Assembly (NCBI GenBank): GCA_951406725.2
Contig: OX597815.1
Span: 85,622,001 to 85,686,000, forward strand
Length of the DNA: 64,000 nt
Direction of reading: 5' to 3'
Origin: Octopus vulgaris
Taxonomy: Eukaryota
The notes beneath the pieces were generated by a model. It did not search any database, was not told the DNA's origin, and worked only from the letters and a program-made list of their open reading frames with translations. The translations under genes and the position numbers were made by a program. How positions within the stretch are numbered: the first letter of the stretch is position 1; each line of letters opens with the position of its first letter. Positions 55,140-64,000 of the stretch are shown piece by piece.

Positions 55140-55278
55140 TGTTTTCCTTTCTGTTGAAGAGCGTAGGCTCGAAACGTAAAAGACTTTTATCACTTTCCCG
55201 AGCGTCAAACTAATACACCTGCTTGTTATTCATAAGCCTGCCTTTGTCTTTTGTTTTTCTGTAAATTTCAACTATATA
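55140..55278 (+). mobile_element. solo PLE 3'-terminal fragment related to 57715-57856
   Basis: Shares CTTTCTGTTGAAGAGCGTAGGCTCGAAACGT.AAAGACTT, GAGCG..ACTAATACA and CCTGCCTT.GTCTTTTGTTT with 57721-57856. Confidence 0.8.
55147..55182 (+). ncRNA. minimal hammerhead, CUGUUGA core variant
   Basis: cttt CTGTTGA a gagc gtag gctc GAAA cg TA aaag. Confidence 0.7.
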
Positions 55279-55387
55279 CTGTTGTGTCTGGGGAGAGTCA
55301 TTTTCTTTTTGTGCCTTATAACAGAATATGTTTCAACACACGAACTCATATAAAGAATCTTGCAAACCAAATCCAAAAAACGAAATT

Positions 55388-55432
<45 letters not shown>

Positions 55433-55476
55433 TACATATATAGCTTTGTTTTATATATAACAAACACACACACACG

Positions 55477-55509
<33 letters not shown>

Positions 55510-56150
55510 GTGAACATAAAATCAGGAGGTATGAGAGGTGGATGTATATTTACTTAACCACTTAACTTCCATAGAATTACGACCATTTGGCAACCTTCTT
55601 CATGAAGTATTAATTTCAGTATGTTATATAATACGATTGTAAATTCAAGACTTAACGTCAATAAAGAAAGCTAGATCATTAGATTAACTCTTTGCATATA
55701 CATTGTACAGAAGGCCGAAATCTGACAAAATTAAATTGTCTGGTGTTAACCATTCATACACTGTTTATATAAAGAGGAAAATTTCAGTGTAGATTTAGAG
55801 GAAATTTTGTATGTATATTAATGTATATGTTTGACCTTGTTTTTATATAAACCTCATGAAATAATTTCATGACTCTGATTTTCTGGATTTTTCAGTTACA
55901 TGGACACTCTACTTTGCACTTTGTGATTGATTACTATGTGGAAAGATAGCCGAGTCAGTAAGAGTAGGTTCCTGTGACAGCGACACGAATTTTTGAATCC
56001 ATTTCTTATACTACTAATTTGTATATATAATACCTCAACTTCTCTTCCTCCCACCCAGAACACACCAAGCTTTCCATCCCCTATTCCCAATTCCTCCGTC
56101 TACGTAGGCTCTGTAGTGACGACCATGACTTTGAGACTCAGTCTCAACGT

Positions 56151-57236
56151 ATGGCTCACCACTTCACCCTACGTGGATACCCCCTCACCACTATCCACAC
56201 CGCCCTTGCCAGAGCACGGTCCGTGGTCCGTGTATCTGCTCTCTCTCCCCGAACCCGCCCTGTAGTCTCCCGCCTCCATTTTCCCCTCACTTACCACCCC
56301 ACGACCATACGTCTCCAACGCACCATTCTTCGAGCTTTCCGTCATCTCCAGTCCGACCCGTCCACTTCACACCTCTTCCCTAACCGACCCCTCCCCTCTT
56401 TCAAACGAGCCCACAACCTTCGAGACCTTTTGGTCCATAGCTCCTTCCCTGACCCTACCTCCCAACCCGGCTCGTTCCCCTGCTCCCGCCCACGTTGCCG
56501 CACTTGCCCTTACCTCTCCAACACCACCCGCCTCACTAGCACCCACCATCGACCCTATCCCATCATCCACTCCTTCACCTGCACCTCCAGCAATATTATC
56601 TATTGCATCTCTTGCTCTCTCTGCAATTCCTTGTACATCGGACAAATGGGACGCCGCTTGGCTGACCGGTTCGCGGAACACCTTCGTGACATCCACCTTG
56701 CGAACGACACACCGGTCTCATGCCATTTCCGCTCCACCGGTCACTCCTTGCAACACCTATCTGTGTTCGGTTTGTCCTTACACAGAGGCCATCCGGATTC
56801 CCGTTTGCGCCGTGAACAGGAATTAATCTTCTCTCTTCGCTCTTATACGCCATTTGGTCTCAACTCTCCCCCCTCCTCATCTAACCCCCTCTCCCCTCCT
56901 CACCTATCCTTTCTCCCCCCGACCCCTACTTCTTCAGTCCTTCATCCTTTCACCCCTACTCCCCTTCCCTTCTTCCCTCTTTCTCCCTCCCTCTTCCCCT
57001 TCCCTCTGCTCCCTCACTCCCTCTCTCCCCTTCTCTCTCCCCTCTCCCTCTTTCCTCCTTCATCCCCCTCATCTCCTTCCTTCTCCCCCATCCTCTCCTC
57101 TCCCCTTCTCCTCCCCTCCTCTTCCCCTCCCCTTCTCTCCCCCTCTTCTCCCCCTCCCCTCTTCTCCTCACTACACCACATGACTTTACACATCACATCA
57201 CATATGATGTGCCATACTAATACACACACCAACTAA
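56151..57236 (+). CDS. PLE C-terminal fragment with GIY-YIG endonuclease (homology ends ~56870)
   Basis: IIY-x9-LYIG plus conserved R, H, E and LN. The remainder is read-through into a polypyrimidine tract. Confidence 0.75.
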   Translation: MAHHFTLRGYPLTTIHTALARARSVVRVSALSPRTRPVVSRLHFPLTYHPTTIRLQRTILRAFRHLQSDPSTSHLFPNRPLPSFKRAHNLRDLLVHSSFPDPTSQPGSFPCSRPRCRTCPYLSNTTRLTSTHHRPYPIIHSFTCTSSNIIYCISCSLCNSLYIGQMGRRLADRFAEHLRDIHLANDTPVSCHFRSTGHSLQHLSVFGLSLHRGHPDSRLRREQELIFSLRSYTPFGLNSPPSSSNPLSPPHLSFLPPTPTSSVLHPFTPTPLPFFPLSPSLFPFPLLPHSLSPLLSPLSLFPPSSPSSPSFSPILSSPLLLPSSSPPLLSPSSPPPLFSSLHHMTLHITSHMMCHTNTHTN

Positions 57237-57545
57237 TACATACTAATACGTACTAATACATACTAGTACATACTAATACTTACACCAACCCTATACATAC
57301 ACACGTCCAGACCTCTCATACGCACTTATACTCTCTCTCACACACACACACACACCTATACATACCAATACGTACTAATACATACTAATACATACTAATA
57401 CATACACCAACCCCATACATACGCACGTCCAGACCAATCTTACGCACTAATACTCTCTCATACACACACACACACACACACACACCCTTATACATACTAA
57501 TACATACACCAACCCTATACATACACACATCCAGACCCCTCCCAC
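56865..57545 (+). repeat. ~300-bp polypyrimidine tract followed by CATACTAATA-type minisatellite and (CA)n duplications
   Basis: C/T-dominated 56865-57170; repeated CATACTAATA and ~110-bp duplicated blocks at 57230-57545. Confidence 0.9.
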
Positions 57546-57719
57546 GCACTTTTAGCTGGTCCCTCAACCCATTTATCAACCCTATTATCTCCCCTTATTT
57601 CGCTCTCGCGTCTCATGTTTGATCTTTGACCTCTGGCCGAAATCAGATCGCCATGTTGATTCGTTAGCTACTGCACGCATTTTTTTCTCTCCTTCTTTCT
57701 GTGTTTTTCTCTCTGTGTA

Positions 57720-57757
57720 TCTTTCTGTTGAAGAGCGTAGGCTCGAAACGTTAAAGA
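57720..57757 (+). ncRNA. minimal hammerhead, CUGUUGA core variant
   Basis: tcttt CTGTTGA a gagc gtag gctc GAAA cg TT aaaga, in the sense 3' end of the PLE. Confidence 0.75.
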
Positions 57758-57854
57758 CTTGTTTTATTTATATTTCCTGAGCGCCATACTAATACAATTG
57801 TTCGTTTGTTTTCCACCTGCCTTCGTCTTTTGTTTATTTTCATAAAGCTTCCCG

Positions 57855-57929
<75 letters not shown>

Positions 57930-58740
57930 AATATTAAATGTGAGATGGTTAAATAGAAGAGTTCAATATAAGTGGAAGGGGTGGAGATAAAAGGTATAAA
58001 GGGAAATAAGAGAATAAAAGTAAAAATAAAAATATATGTAGGAAGTTATAGTTACAGTTCCATTATCTGAGGAAAGTGTAGAAGTGGTAGAAATGCTTCT
58101 TGTCCATAGTATGTAAATTTTGTCATTAGAAATGGAAAGTGTGGAAACGTTGATTCCATGTGCTGTTCATTCAATGGGGTCTTGTAGCATGAATGAAGTT
58201 TTGAGAATGTAGTGGTAGTATTAAGTAGAGAGAGGAGAGAAAAGATGTCTATGTTAAAAGGAGGAGAATGGTCAAAAGGAACAGGTGAGGAAGGAAGAAA
58301 GAAAGAAAGAGGAAGAGAAAATGTAAAAAAGGAGAAAAGGAAAAAAGGCGTGTTAGTTGGCAGTTACGATATTATGAGTGTGGGAGAGGAGTAGGGGTGG
58401 GATAGGAATGTAAGGAATGAATGTGTGTTGAGTGGAAAGTGGGGTGATACATTTCAACGGCACTAAGGTGGAGGGCTGGGTACCGAAAATGGTACGGGGT
58501 GGGTTACTAAAGTGAGTAGTGAAGGAAGGGAAGACTAATAAGATATAACGGTCAAGTCTCTAAAAATAGACGGAAGTGTTTATTGTATTGGCTAATGTGA
58601 TAGTGCGGGATGAGGAATCACAGAGAGAAAGAGAGAAGTGTATGTTGATATACGCACGCGCGAACTCACATACATATACGTGTGTATATGTACTATTATA
58701 TAGTCTTGCATATTATGTACTTTAACACATACGCATATAT

Positions 58741-58812
<72 letters not shown>

Positions 58813-58840
58813 GGGTGTGTGTGATTGTGTATAGAAGAAT

Positions 58841-59387
58841 ATATTAATAAAAAGAATTCCAACCTTGTCTGATTTTCACGTTTTATTTACAATCTTATAA
58901 TGATATATTATAAGATAATATATTATAATTGAATAAAATAAAATGAAATAGTAGAATGTTAAATATTCATTCTGATTGAACTAGTACTTTCATGCATTGA
59001 ATTCTGCAATCTTCGGGTTCATGTAGTAGTGTTGACAGTCATGCTTCACAATTTTTGACTGTAGCAAGATGAGTGATTCTGTGCTATAAATACAGCTGGG
59101 TAGGCTCCAGAGTGCTAGGTTTTGCAAACTGTATTCTGACCAATCAGTGTGTAGTATCACTCAATTACTTAAGCTGATTGGTTGGTTGAGCTGATTGGTT
59201 TAGGCATCACGCTTTGTTGGACAGGTCAAGAGTCCTGTATCTTGACCCTGGCCGAAGCAGCAATTGTTGGGTTATTTTTAGAAATGTTGTAAATATCCTT
59301 TGTCAGAGATTTTTATATTTTTATATTTCAATTGTCATCATCATCATTGTCAGCACCTTAATTATTGTTGCTAGTGGTGATGGTGGT
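58841..59387 (-). repeat. 3' pLTR (left arm of 547-bp inverted repeat)
   Basis: Reverse complement of 62624-63170; one mismatch noticed by eye (ATTGTCATC vs ATTGTCCTC). Confidence 0.95.
58977..59021 (-). ncRNA. minimal hammerhead, CCGAAGA core variant
   Basis: Minus strand: tgaac CCGAAGA t tgca gaattcaa tgca t GAAA gtac TA gttca. AGTACT palindrome, CUA site. Confidence 0.75.
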
Positions 59388-59515
59388 GGCAATAGAACTT
59401 TTAACCCTAAATAAGATAATTTTCCTGCTATCTTCGTCTTGATCACCTTTAGTATTGTTGTTGTTGTTAGTGGTCATGGTCGTAGCAGTGGAAGTAATAC
59501 CTCTAAGTATTATTA

Positions 59516-61426
59516 TTATTGCTTATTTAGCTTGGGTTCGAATTTATCAATAAAATTCTTTTCTCTGATTTTCCTCTCGATTTCACTTGGGCTGTGTAAT
59601 TTGTAGAATGGAAATATTATATATATTTTCCGACCACATGTTGCTAGGTGGTTACTCAAAGGTATATGACGGACCTCTGGGTCTCTAATCTGTTGCCGGT
59701 GTACACGTGAGCGTTCTAATAGTGCGTTTCCCGCCTGACCTACATATATTTCTTCACAATTTGGGCATTTGATGCAGTAAATTAAATTTCTGCTTTTGCA
59801 GTTCATATTCGCGTTTGTGAATATTTTCCCGGTTTTTGTGTTTATATATTGACCGGTATGTATGAATTGGCATGTGCCACATCGGCTATCATTGCATTTA
59901 GATACCGTGAATGTTTGGTCTTTGTTGCTGAGGTCAAATTTTGCCTTTGTTAGTAATGTTTTCAAGTTTTTAGGCTGTCTTTTACTAAGCACCATAGCTC
60001 GATCCTTGATTATGTCTTTTAATTCATTACTTTGGGCAATGATTGGTAGGTTTGCTTTGGCAATGTTGAAGATATTCTGGTGACATGGGTTGTGTGTCAC
60101 TATGAATGGTATGACTTGTTCTTGTTTTCCTCTTCCTTGGGTTGTCCTAAGTTGTTGTATAGGTATTTTTATAGCCCGCTGTATGCCATTTTCTATAAGT
60201 AGAGATGGGTATTTTTGTTTGAGCAAAAATTCTCTTAGTTCTATTAGGCGTTTGTTCCTGATATTTGCATCTTCTACAATAGTACAAATTCTTCTGGCTA
60301 GGCAGTATGGGATGTTACGTTTTGTATGTGGTGGATGGCACGACTTAAAATTTAGGTATTGATGTGTGTCTGTGTGTTTATAGTATATATCTGTGGTGAT
60401 GGTGGTGTCTTTTTTAATTACCATTATATCCAGGAATGGTAATTTGGTACTACTCATCTCCTTTGTAAATTTGAGAGATGGGTGTAGGTTGTTCAGGAGG
60501 ATATTGAACTCTTCCAGAGTATTTAGAGATTCTGTCCAGATTATGAAACAGTCGTCTAGGTATCTCTTCCATGCCTTTTCAATATACTTTCTAAGTCCAG
60601 TGCCATAGTTTACCTCCACCTCTTGGTAGAGTTGTTCTTCTAAGTATCCCATTACAGAGTTGGCGTAAACGGGAGCAAACCTCGTTCCCATCGCCGTGCC
60701 TCTAATTTGGATGTAATTCTTTCCATTGAAGAAGAATGTGTTATTTTCTAGAATAAGTTTGACTGTGTCTAATATAAATGGCACTGTGAATCTGCTGGGA
60801 ATCACTTCTCTATGTTTTTCTAACCAGTATTTAATCGCCTTTATTCCTAAATCGTGTGGAATATTGGTGTAGAGGCTTACCACATCAAAACTTAGTAAAA
60901 CTGAATTTGTTTCTGTTGTTTTGGGAAGATGGGACAGGAAGTCGATGTCATCCCTGATGAAACTTGGTATGTAAGTACATAGTGGTTTCAAAACAATGTC
61001 AATAAAATTGCTTAGACGGTGTGTAGGGCATGCTGGACCAGCTATAATAGGTCTAAGTTTTAGGTCTTTTGGATGTAATAATTTTATGTACTCACTTTCT
61101 TGTTCTTTTACTGCCTGTTGAATGTTTTTTGATTTGTGTATTTTTGGTAAGCCGTAGAAGTTGCTGGGTTTTGGTTCAAAATTGGTGATGTAGTCTTTTT
61201 CATTATCCGTAAGTGAGTTGTGGTGTGTTGAAATCAGGTTGTTGATCTTTTTCATGATGTGGTGGTCTATATTTGCGGGTATTTCACAATAGAAGGTTGT
61301 ATCCTTCAGTTGGTCTTCAACCAAATCCTTATAGTATTCGGTATCCATAATAACAATTGCACCACCTTTATCTGCTTGTTTAATTATTATTGTTTGATCG
61401 TTTTGTATACGTTTACATGCAGACAT
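59516..61426 (-). CDS. PLE reverse transcriptase + GIY-YIG endonuclease
   Basis: ADKGGAIVIMD, FYGLPKIHK, LRPII, FDVVSLYTNI, GTAMGT, RYLDD, LPFLD, SCHP, CxxxRCxTC, NLIYCIKCPNCEEIYVGQ, PKLN. The same frame stays open upstream (IINLS..LSKGLKFTPTP) to ~61843. Confidence 0.95.
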   Translation of the reverse strand: MSACKRIQNDQTIIIKQADKGGAIVIMDTEYYKDLVEDQLKDTTFYCEIPANIDHHIMKKINNLISTHHNSLTDNEKDYITNFEPKPSNFYGLPKIHKSKNIQQAVKEQESEYIKLLHPKDLKLRPIIAGPACPTHRLSNFIDIVLKPLCTYIPSFIRDDIDFLSHLPKTTETNSVLLSFDVVSLYTNIPHDLGIKAIKYWLEKHREVIPSRFTVPFILDTVKLILENNTFFFNGKNYIQIRGTAMGTRFAPVYANSVMGYLEEQLYQEVEVNYGTGLRKYIEKAWKRYLDDCFIIWTESLNTLEEFNILLNNLHPSLKFTKEMSSTKLPFLDIMVIKKDTTITTDIYYKHTDTHQYLNFKSCHPPHTKRNIPYCLARRICTIVEDANIRNKRLIELREFLLKQKYPSLLIENGIQRAIKIPIQQLRTTQGRGKQEQVIPFIVTHNPCHQNIFNIAKANLPIIAQSNELKDIIKDRAMVLSKRQPKNLKTLLTKAKFDLSNKDQTFTVSKCNDSRCGTCQFIHTGQYINTKTGKIFTNANMNCKSRNLIYCIKCPNCEEIYVGQAGNALLERSRVHRQQIRDPEVRHIPLSNHLATCGRKIYIIFPFYKLHSPSEIERKIREKNFIDKFEPKLNKQ

Positions 61427-61749
61427 CTCTGATTTGCTAATGTTTGGCCTAACATTGGTATTGCGTCTAAGGGGAAATTTAGACAGGATATCAATGTATT
61501 GGTCAAGGTAGTTATTTCTTCCTTTTGGTGGGGTGAAATTTGATTTATTCCTTACTAGGGATTCATCAATCTCATTACTTTTGTTAGCGAAGAATTCTAC
61601 AAGTCGTAATTTTCGACAGAATTTTTGGATATCCTCCTTTAATTCTTGGTGGTTGGCTGTTGGTGTAGGTGTGAATTTCAGTCCTTTTGACAGAAGTTGG
61701 ATTTCATCATTGTCAAGATCTCTTTTTGATAAATTAATTATTTTAGGAT

Positions 61750-62622
61750 CTATACGTTCAGTTGTTTGGGGTATGTTTCCTCTTGGATTTTTTCTTTCTC
61801 CGGTGTTTGTTGTCCTGACGTAAAAAAATGGATTTTTTTCTGGTTATGATTTATATTCCTGTTGATGTTTGCTTGATGAATTTTGCGTTTTGGTTGTGGT
61901 ACTTTACTTGGTTTCGTTATGTTTTCTGTCTTGTTTTTGGTATTATGTATGCTACTTTTCAATTTCTTGTTAGCATTGTTTTTAACCACCTGGAGAAATG
62001 ATCTGGGTTTACTTCTAGATCTAGATCGGTTTTTTGTCCAGTTTCTTGTGGGTAATCTCTGTTGAGGTCTTGAAAATGATCTCCTGTTATTTCTACTGCT
62101 AATGGTCTGTTCAAAACAATATCTATTTTGTTTGTGCTTTTTGTTCATGTTGTGTGCATTAGGGTGTTTGCATACAAAATGGGAAGAGTTCTTACCGTAG
62201 TTCGTCTTCGATTCGTGGTGAAACGGGTGTTCATGTTGCCACGTGTTCTGGTATATGTTGCGTTGGTGAGGTTGTCCACTTTTAATGCTATTTCTCGGAG
62301 TTCTGGTGTCTTTACCGTAATTTGTAGCATATTTGTCGAGAAATAATTGTTTCCGCTGCCAAAACTTTCTTGATCTGCTTTCTTCTTTTGAGATATCTCT
62401 GATCCATAGTTCTCGCATTTTTTCTGCTATATTGCCGGTCGTTAGTTTGGATATTTCATCTCTGATTTGATCATCGATAGCTTCGTATTTGGCTTTGTAG
62501 CGGGATTGTTTAGACAGGGTAATGGAGATGTCGGTCCTGAATTTTATCAAACTAAGGTCCCATCGAAGTTTAGTTTCTTCCTCTGGTTCTCCTGCAATTT
62601 CTTTAATTAGGTACTTCCGAGG
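61750..62622 (-). CDS. PLE upstream ORF1 (5'-truncated): helical-looking region + basic R/S/K-rich tail
   Basis: Open frame of ~290 codons; LWIRDISKEESRSRKFWQRK region then RSRSRSKPRS. The track's start codon lies inside the inverted pLTR, so the true N-terminus is missing. Confidence 0.65.
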   Translation of the reverse strand, partial: PRKYLIKEIAGEPEEETKLRWDLSLIKFRTDISITLSKQSRYKAKYEAIDDQIRDEISKLTTGNIAEKMRELWIRDISKEESRSRKFWQRKQLFLDKYATNYGKDTRTPRNSIKSGQPHQRNIYQNTWQHEHPFHHESKTNYGKNSSHFVCKHPNAHNMNKKHKQNRYCFEQTISSRNNRRSFSRPQQRLPTRNWTKNRSRSRSKPRSFLQVVKNNANKKLKSSIHNTKNKTENITKPSKVPQPKRKIHQANINRNINHNQKKIHFFTSGQQTPEKEKIQEETYPKQLNV

Positions 62623-62810
62623 TACCACCATCACCACTAGCAACAATAATTAAGGTGCTGACAATGATGATGAGGACAATTGAAATATAAAAATATAAAA
62701 ATCTCTGACAAAGGATATTTACAACATTTCTAAAAATAACCCAACAATTGCTGCTTCGGCCAGGGTCAAGATACAGGACTCTTGACCTGTCCAACAAAGC
62801 GTGATGCCTA

Positions 62811-62927
62811 AACCAATCAGCTCAACCAACCAATCAGCTTAAGTAATTGAGTGATACTACACACTGATTGGTCAGAATACAGTTTGCAAAACCTAGCACT
62901 CTGGAGCCTACCCAGCTGTATTTATAG
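62811..62927. promoter_or_regulatory. candidate pLTR promoter: three CCAAT boxes + TATA-like element
   Basis: CCAATCAG twice (62813-62837), CTGATTGG (~62863), TATTTATA (62919-62926, reads TATAAATA on minus); mirrored at ~59085-59200. Confidence 0.4.
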
Positions 62928-62989
62928 CACAGAATCACTCATCTTGCTACAGTCAAAAATTGTGAAGCATGACTGTCAACACTACTACA

Positions 62990-63034
62990 TGAACCCGAAG
63001 ATTGCAGAATTCAATGCATGAAAGTACTAGTTCA
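62990..63034 (+). ncRNA. minimal hammerhead, CCGAAGA core variant (second copy)
   Basis: tgaac CCGAAGA t tgca gaattcaa tgca t GAAA gtac TA gttca. Confidence 0.75.
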
Positions 63035-63163
63035 ATCAGAATGAATATTTAACATTCTACTATTTCATTTTATTTTATTCAATTATAATATATTATCTTA
63101 TAATATATCATTATAAGATTGTAAATAAAACGTGAAAATCAGACAAGGTTGGAATTCTTTTTA

Positions 63164-63198
<35 letters not shown>

Positions 63199-63664
63199 GC
63201 ACCCCCCATATATATATGCATACACGCACACACATACACATACATATGCATATATACACACACATATATATATTTATATATGCGTATATCCTCACACATG
63301 TACACATGTCCATATATGTATTATTAAACAATCAGGAAATAAGATTGGAGAGTTAGAAAATTAAAAACGGAGACAATGGCAAGTCAAATAGGGTCGATGG
63401 AGATTACCTAAGGTATGTTCGGAATATGTACTGTGTGGTGATTTAGGTTGCATTTAGATTTGTGTTAAATTTTGAAAATATGAAAAAAAAAAAGCGGTGG
63501 TTGCATGTACCTTGGGCCTCGTTATATTTATTTAGTAGTATTGAAGAGTTGTGTTTCATTATGTGGAATGCCTCTTTCAGGTATAGCTTATCTCTAAATA
63601 TAATATGTGACAATTATTCGGTAGCCATGACAAAACTCGGAGGTTTATCATGGCTACCGAATAA

Positions 63665-63704
<40 letters not shown>

Positions 63705-63708
63705 TGTA

Positions 63709-64000
63709 AATAGTAAGGGTTTACTCCAAACGTTTACCGGTTCGCTCTCAGGTATTCAAAATAGATTATTCAACAGTTAATATATAAATCCAGTAACATT
63801 CTTATAAGATAAGAATTTAGATATATATTCCGTTGGATAATTCTGAATATATTACCTTAACCATATATGTTTTGCTGAAGTATATAATATCAACAATAAT
63901 AATGATAATACGGATTATTACGAAGTTGCATAGCATTACCTTTAATTCTTTTTCTATATACACAGCTTTACGTAGACCTACGTATGTTTCAACAGCACCG
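63709..64000 (-). mobile_element. probable further pLTR with a hammerhead cut by the window edge
   Basis: Starts AATAGTAAGGG after (CA)n, like the other pLTR ends. Minus 63990-63975 reads GAAA catacg TA ggtc, the 3' half of a hammerhead. Confidence 0.45.

Larger units (their letters stand above)
56030..57856 (+). mobile_element. 5'-truncated Penelope-like element (GC-rich family): RT thumb, GIY-YIG, long 3' UTR/pLTR
   Basis: YLNFSSSHP..SIPYSQFLRLRRLCS upstream of the track ORF; CSRPRCRTC; NIIYCISCSLCNSLYIGQMGRRLADRFAEH; PFGLN. Ends at (TA)n; hammerhead near the 3' end. Confidence 0.9.
58841..63170 (-). mobile_element. young Penelope-like element with inverted pLTRs
   Basis: Uninterrupted RT-GIY-YIG ORF, upstream ORF1 and 547-bp inverted repeats; in or near (TA)n on both sides. 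Confidence 0.95.
62624..63170 (+). repeat. inverted 5' pLTR copy (right arm)
   Basis: Reverse complement of 58841-59387. Confidence 0.95.

Noticed and set aside
57230-57545. Regularly spaced repeats as a CRISPR-like array
   Set aside because: Low-complexity minisatellite without unique spacers, eukaryotic TE context, no cas genes.
59214-59414. Twin small ORFs MLDRSRVLY... (also 62603-62797)
   Set aside because: Duplicated only because they lie in the inverted repeat; non-ATG start and no domain.
58841-63170. Interpretation as a TIR DNA transposon or DIRS element
   Set aside because: Encodes PLE-type RT and GIY-YIG with no DDE transposase, RNase H or tyrosine recombinase; the right arm is an inverted copy of the 3' end joined into a truncated ORF1.

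Overview
AT-rich, microsatellite-dense eukaryotic DNA with no recognisable host gene. The SINE families resemble those I associate with octopus genomes (inference from recall, not a search). Almost everything identifiable is transposon-derived: four Penelope-like elements (PLEs), including a young RT+GIY-YIG element between 547-bp inverted repeats (58841-63170) and a decayed Naiad-type copy; four R4/Dong-type RLE LINE pieces in (TAA)n; an RTE-type LINE with TSDs and a 5' inversion; a decayed Helitron; Tc1/mariner remnants; tRNA-derived SINEs; and an intron-containing tRNA-Lys pseudogene. The main signal missing from the ORF track is RNA-level. I read eight type-I minimal hammerhead ribozymes plus one core-damaged copy, a further relic and one cut by the window edge. 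All have self-complementary stem III, several have non-canonical cores, and they lie in PLE terminal repeats and small non-coding derivatives: a tRNA-headed unit, a circularly permuted 471-nt unit and fold-back units. The young PLE also has a candidate -1 frameshift or splice junction between ORF1 and the RT-EN frame. Most short ORFs in the track are microsatellite artefacts. All alignments and folds were done by eye.
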